IMG/VR virus record: IMGVR_UViG_3300023283_000023
Span: 1-26,385 of that record
Strand: one strand, 5' to 3'
DNA: 26,385 bases
DNA from: a virus
Taxonomy: Duplodnaviria > Caudoviricetes
Under the pieces are notes generated by a model, which had not been told where the DNA came from, did no database searches, and worked only from the letters and a program-made list of their open reading frames with translations. The translations under genes and the position numbers were made by a program. Positions 22,197 to 26,385 of this stretch are shown here, in pieces; position 1 is the first letter of the stretch, and the number at the start of each line of letters is the position of its first letter.

Positions 22197-24638
22197 TCAG
22201 ACCACGTCCGGCTCCGTCTCCACGCTCTCGTCGCCGGCCTTGGCCGGAACCTTGTAGGAAAATGTGAGCGCAAGCGCGTCGGCTACGTCCGGCGAACTCA
22301 GGCCACGGCGCTCCATATCCTCCTTCTTCTCCAGCCGCAGCAGATCCCGGACGTCGTAGTGGTACTCCGGGGCCGTCAGCTCGTCAATCAGTCGCTCATC
22401 GTACGGAATGTCCGCGCCCTTGATCCACACGGCCATCCGGTGCCACATCTCGATTCTGCGGTTGAAGTACACGTCCTTATCATCCGCCTGCTCCCCGCTC
22501 TTCACGCCCACCACGTTGCCGTAGTTGAGCATGATCAGACGGTCGAGAACGCCGGCGCCCATACCCACCGCATCAATGAACACCACGTCCGGCCGATGGT
22601 TGTTGATCTCCATCGCCACGATGCCCGCGGTCTTCATCAGATCCCGCTCCTTGAAGACCTTGATGTCTTTATGAACCTTCGGCCCCTTCCGGAGCAAGAT
22701 TACGCAGTCGTCGTTGCCGTCCCGGGCAATGTCCACGCCCATCAACAGCGGTGCTGAGGGGTTGACGTCCCGAACCGGGATATCCCGCTTGGCGGCAGCC
22801 ACGGCGTCCGCCCGGCCAATCAGGCTCTTGGCGCCCTGCTTCGGTGGCAGGCCCTTCACGCGCACGCGGACGAAATCACTGTCCTCTCCATAGGTGTCTA
22901 TCCATTCCTGAACCAGCGTCTGGTTCGCCATCTTTGCGTACCTGATGTCGACCTGGAATTTATCCCATAGATTACTGAATCTGTGCCAGATCTCCGCGAA
23001 TCTTCCGGTCACCGAACTCGGGTTGCCGAACGCCATCATGATCGCGCCGTGGGTGGTAAGCGCGCCCTCCACGGTCTCCCAGATCTCCGGGGCCACTTCA
23101 CTGGCCTCGTCTAACAAGATAAGCACGTGCTTCTCGTGCGTTCCGGCGAACGCCTGCGGGTTGTTCTTGCTCCACGGGATGGCCGAAGCGTACCACGTGT
23201 TCGACCCCTTCAGCGCGTACTTGGTTGCCGACCACTGAAACCAGTCGCCGTTGATGACGTGCTCCTGCCACTTGGCCAGCTCTCGCCACGTCTTGGTCGA
23301 AAGCTGGGTCTTCGTGTTCGCCGTGACCACCACCTGCGGGTTCGGCCGGGTCGATGTAAACCAGTGGATGATCCAGGCGATGAGCGCCGTGTTGTGCGTG
23401 ACGATAAAGTCGGTGGCCTGATACAGCTCATCCTCGGCCGCGACCGTGACGCACATGGCATCCCCTCGCCCGTCCGGCTCGATGGATTCGATCCAGCGCT
23501 TCCTGTACCGTTCTTCCGACACCCGGAACGCGTCCCGCTTGTGTGCGATCGCGAACGGGTTGAACGGCGCGTTGATCGTGATCCTATGCGAGTCCCGGCA
23601 CTCGACCCGCTCGCCGGTCTCCGGATGCGGGTACCATCCAGACCTGACCGCCGGCTGGCGCATCACCTTGCAACCGAGAGACCGGGCCAGCCACATCACG
23701 TCCTCGATCAGGCGCTCGCTCGACGACGAGTAACAGATCGAGCCACAGTCCGTGCATTCGCCATCCGAGTCACATAGCCCCTCGAACAGCGCCCGGCGAT
23801 TCTCGACCGTGTTGAACTTGTAGTCGTTCGGGATGTATCGCTCATGGGAACCACGGTAGAACACCGGGTCGTCAATCAGGTGGGAGATGCCGAGCACGTA
23901 CTTCTGCTTCCCGTCCGCGCGCTCCGATACATCGTAGCCGAGTGCCCGGACCTTATCCGTGGCCTCCGGGTGAGGCTTGCAGTACGATGGCACGCCCTTG
24001 GAACCATCACCGAGCCAGACGCCCATCAGGTACGGGTGAATGTCGACCTCGCGTTCCTCGAACTGGGCCGGGCCCTGCACCGGGATCTCCCACTTCCGGT
24101 CCAGCGCCGTTCCATTGGGACGCTTGACGCCCGCCTCGAGGATCTCCTCGGTGGTCATCACCCGCCAGCCCTCGATGCCCCTCCTGCGCTCCTGCCGGCC
24201 TCGCACGGCCCATTGATGGGGACCCCCGACGCGGATGCTGGAACCGTCATCGAAGGTCACCCGGTACAAACGCTGGTCGATGTGATCGAATCTGGCCGTG
24301 ACCCGGGTCGGTGAGCCGTCGCTCCCGAACAGCAGGTCACCGGGTCGAATGTCGCCCCAGGGCCTCATTCCGTTGGGCGTGGGCACCCACTCGTCGACAC
24401 AAATTTGCTTCCCCGAACCATGACCTGACCGCACCGCGATACGGATCACATGCGGATCCTGAGCCAACCGCTTCTGCAGCCGGGCCAGCACCCGCGCCTG
24501 CCACTTGTCCGGCCCGTCCGAATGCTTGAGCGCGCCCTCACCCCACGGGTACCATGCGCAGACGGCATCCAGAGGGCTGTTCCGGAACGACATGATCCAT
24601 TCAGCGAAGTCATCGTCGACGATCTTGGGCGCCACCAT
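22197..24638 (-). CDS. terL: Terminase large subunit with intein (813-aa precursor, ~474 aa spliced)
   Basis: Walker A RSGHGSGK|T, Walker B LILLDEA, AFGNP motif, RNase H-like GVDIARDGND, FIDAVGMGAGV and SPDVADALALTF. Confidence 0.95.
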   Translation of the reverse strand: MVAPKIVDDDFAEWIMSFRNSPLDAVCAWYPWGEGALKHSDGPDKWQARVLARLQKRLAQDPHVIRIAVRSGHGSGKQICVDEWVPTPNGMRPWGDIRPGDLLFGSDGSPTRVTARFDHIDQRLYRVTFDDGSSIRVGGPHQWAVRGRQERRRGIEGWRVMTTEEILEAGVKRPNGTALDRKWEIPVQGPAQFEEREVDIHPYLMGVWLGDGSKGVPSYCKPHPEATDKVRALGYDVSERADGKQKYVLGISHLIDDPVFYRGSHERYIPNDYKFNTVENRRALFEGLCDSDGECTDCGSICYSSSSERLIEDVMWLARSLGCKVMRQPAVRSGWYPHPETGERVECRDSHRITINAPFNPFAIAHKRDAFRVSEERYRKRWIESIEPDGRGDAMCVTVAAEDELYQATDFIVTHNTALIAWIIHWFTSTRPNPQVVVTANTKTQLSTKTWRELAKWQEHVINGDWFQWSATKYALKGSNTWYASAIPWSKNNPQAFAGTHEKHVLILLDEASEVAPEIWETVEGALTTHGAIMMAFGNPSSVTGRFAEIWHRFSNLWDKFQVDIRYAKMANQTLVQEWIDTYGEDSDFVRVRVKGLPPKQGAKSLIGRADAVAAAKRDIPVRDVNPSAPLLMGVDIARDGNDDCVILLRKGPKVHKDIKVFKERDLMKTAGIVAMEINNHRPDVVFIDAVGMGAGVLDRLIMLNYGNVVGVKSGEQADDKDVYFNRRIEMWHRMAVWIKGADIPYDERLIDELTAPEYHYDVRDLLRLEKKEDMERRGLSSPDVADALALTFSYKVPAKAGDESVETEPDVV
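23391..24407 (-). mobile_element. Intein (339 aa) with LAGLIDADG homing endonuclease, class 3 signature
   Basis: Block A QICVDEWVPTPNG, block B HQW, block C LMGVWLGDGS, block E FEGLCDSDG, block F AMCVTV, block G FIVTHN followed by Thr+1. Confidence 0.93.
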
Positions 24639-24644
24639 TCGGGG

Positions 24645-24887
24645 TTACTGAGCTTGGTCCAGCAAGTATTCGACTCGGCCATTCAACTCCTCGAGCTTCC
24701 GTTCAATCGAGCGAATCGCCTCGGACCCTTCACTGATCGACGCCCGGGCCGCCGTCTTGAAGCCACCATCAAGCACCTGGTTCGCGTAGTCGTTGACCGT
24801 CGACTGCAGGATCTCGAGTTCTGCCTCGGCACTTACCGGAGGCCATTCGGGCGCCGGTCCCGTGGTGTCATTCATATCGTCTTCCAT
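24645..24887 (-). CDS. Hypothetical acidic helical protein (80 aa)
   Basis: GAGGAG Shine-Dalgarno; ends 6 nt before the terL start. Not recognisable as TerS. Confidence 0.7.
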   Translation of the reverse strand: MEDDMNDTTGPAPEWPPVSAEAELEILQSTVNDYANQVLDGGFKTAARASISEGSEAIRSIERKLEELNGRVEYLLDQAQ

Positions 24888-25056
24888 GTCTTCTCCTCAG
24901 CATTTTCCTGATTGAGCCCGGCCACCATACGGATTTCCGAAGGGATATCCGCAGGTCTTGGCCGAGGCAATACACATAGACCACCATCGAGACAATGAAA
25001 CCCATGCCGTACGAGGCTGTCAGGACGAGCACGGCCAATGTCAACCTCAACAGCAT
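24868..25056 (-). CDS. Small putative membrane protein (62 aa)
   Basis: Hydrophobic N-half and basic tail; fills the gap co-directionally; weak Shine-Dalgarno. Confidence 0.5.
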   Translation of the reverse strand: MLLRLTLAVLVLTASYGMGFIVSMVVYVYCLGQDLRISLRKSVWWPGSIRKMLRRRHGRRYE

Positions 25057-25087
25057 CTCAGGGCCACTTGTCGTTGCACGGCATCAG

Positions 25088-26385
25088 TCAGCGCCGAGAA
25101 GCGGCGTTGCCGCCTAGTCTGTGCCCTCTTCGGACCTCGCCGCCCAGCCGGACGAGTATACCGTCGCCCTCGGCCTCAATCGACGCATGACCTGCCTCTG
25201 TGATCTCAGCATCTGCCCGGATACCCGGATACCCGCCGCTGATCCGCTTAACGGTGAGGTGACCGAGGTCGTCACCGATCCACATATCCCAAGCCTGGGT
25301 GTCGCCGGCGTATCGCAGGTGATAGGCGACCACCCGCCCGTGATCTGCGACGCCGAGGATCAGACCCTCCTGCCAACCGATGCCCCAGCGGCCCGTCAGC
25401 GGATGGTCCGATGCGCGAGCGATCCGCGTGGCGGGTATCGCGAATCGGCCGAGCCTGTCATGCATCGCCCGGAAGATGCACCGTCCATCCTCCGGGAAAT
25501 GCAGGTGCCCGGTGCCCACGTCCTGGACCTGGACCCGGCCCGACGACCTGTTGACAATGCCTGCCCGAAGCACGCCCGATGCGGCACCGTCCTGCACCGG
25601 CCACACGCCGAAGCACCACATCTGTTGGGACTCGCGGATTGAGCCGGCATGCTGGCTGCTCGGCAGCCATCCGAGCCACTCGACGAGCACCTCGTCGCGC
25701 CCGGGCAGGTGGAAGATGGACAGGCCCTGGACCGACCAACTATCCACGCCATACCACCCGCTCTGGCCGGCAAATCGAATGCCGGCGACTGGGGGGTCCT
25801 CCACCAATGGCGGAGGCGTGGCCACCACGCCGGCCGCGGATACGGTCACGGCGGCGGCATGATCCTCCACCCGGTGGGCATGCACGCGGATGCCATAGTC
25901 AGGGTCCTCCCACCACGTGCCCGGCACCAGCGACTCGACCTGTCTGGTCTGCGGCCACGAGTCCGCGGCGGTATTCCAGGGCTGGTGAACGTGTACGCGG
26001 TCGCCCTGGTATGAGATGGCCAGTCGCCGGCTGGGGGCTCGGGATGGGAACGACAGCTCGATCATCTTGCGCTCGCCGGGCCGTACGGACAGCAGCTGGG
26101 CATCCGCATCCACGAGCATGCAGGAGACAGCCTCGGTGCCGGGCACGCGCAGGATCAGCTCGTCCGGAATCGCACCTAGTCTAGCCAGATGCGGCGCGCC
26201 GAAATGCCGGCGACCGGGGTCATTGCCCATCCATGCATCGCGTTCGCCATACACTCGGGGCCCGCGGCCTGCGTGCCCGAGCCCGAGCATGTGCCCGGTC
26301 TCATGCACGACGGTCCCGACCGTGCCGCCGAGGTATGAGACCGCCTTGCTTCCGCCCTGCAGCGCGCGCCCGGACACGCTGGCCC
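25088..26385 (-). CDS. Zinc metallopeptidase (metzincin, M11-like), probably 5'-truncated, with C-terminal tandem beta-rich domains
   Basis: HETGHMLGLGH matches HExxHxxGxxH, followed by Met-turn-like YGERDAWMG and HFGAPHLARLG; frame is still open at the window edge upstream of GTG 26377. Confidence 0.8.
   Translation of the reverse strand, partial: ASVSGRALQGGSKAVSYLGGTVGTVVHETGHMLGLGHAGRGPRVYGERDAWMGNDPGRRHFGAPHLARLGAIPDELILRVPGTEAVSCMLVDADAQLLSVRPGERKMIELSFPSRAPSRRLAISYQGDRVHVHQPWNTAADSWPQTRQVESLVPGTWWEDPDYGIRVHAHRVEDHAAAVTVSAAGVVATPPPLVEDPPVAGIRFAGQSGWYGVDSWSVQGLSIFHLPGRDEVLVEWLGWLPSSQHAGSIRESQQMWCFGVWPVQDGAASGVLRAGIVNRSSGRVQVQDVGTGHLHFPEDGRCIFRAMHDRLGRFAIPATRIARASDHPLTGRWGIGWQEGLILGVADHGRVVAYHLRYAGDTQAWDMWIGDDLGHLTVKRISGGYPGIRADAEITEAGHASIEAEGDGILVRLGGEVRRGHRLGGNAASRR

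Larger units (their letters stand above)
1..26385 (-). mobile_element. Tailed phage/prophage DNA: packaging, head, short-tail, lysis and ejection modules (podovirus-like)
   Basis: Co-oriented, tightly packed minus-strand genes in the order terminase-portal-scaffold-capsid-adaptor-nozzle-fibre-lysis-ejection. No tape measure or sheath gene recognised. No host genes, integrase or att site visible, so free phage vs prophage cannot be decided. Confidence 0.95.

Noticed and set aside
24399-24401. Cys in QIC as a canonical class 1 intein start
   Set aside because: It would leave GKQIT and break the Walker A GK[T/S]; block A spacing (Gly at position 13) places Gln at position 1.
840-24818. Frequent CTCGAG and GATC sites
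   Set aside because: Plausibly explained by preferred codon pairs (CTC-GAG, GAG-ATC) in a high-GC genome; significance needs a codon-aware null that I cannot run.
24645-24887. 80-aa gene upstream of terL as the terminase small subunit
   Set aside because: Position fits, but it is short, acidic and has no recognisable HTH; left as hypothetical.
212-26184. Many long plus-strand and alternative-frame ORFs (e.g. 671..1246, 4280..5041, 19062..20156, 20175..21212, 6709..7662)
   Set aside because: They are antisense or frame shadows of high-GC genes with Arg/Pro/His-skewed composition, no motifs and no supporting codon switch, unlike 550..711.

Overview
The whole window is part of a high-GC tailed phage (or prophage) genome with podovirus-type architecture. 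Every credible gene lies on the minus strand and most are translationally coupled. Reading right to left: a 5'-truncated zinc metallopeptidase, small ORFs, a terminase large subunit interrupted in its Walker A motif by a class-3-type LAGLIDADG intein, portal, scaffold, major capsid, small head proteins, adaptor and nozzle, tail fibre, a four-gene lysis cassette, and an ejection/internal-virion block. That block includes a GNAT gene, a nuclease-less NUMOD4 remnant and a >1080-aa polyvalent protein that runs off the left edge and is missing from the ORF track. The most notable observations are: (1) a 53-codon gene apparently overprinted in the +1 frame inside the polyvalent protein, directly after a pyrophosphatase domain and near a degenerate GGDEF-like domain; (2) an EFLPE peptide shared four times by three ejection proteins using different codons; (3) a Gln1/WCT intein; (4) a phage-borne M11-like metzincin. 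All family assignments come from motif recognition by eye; no searches were run.
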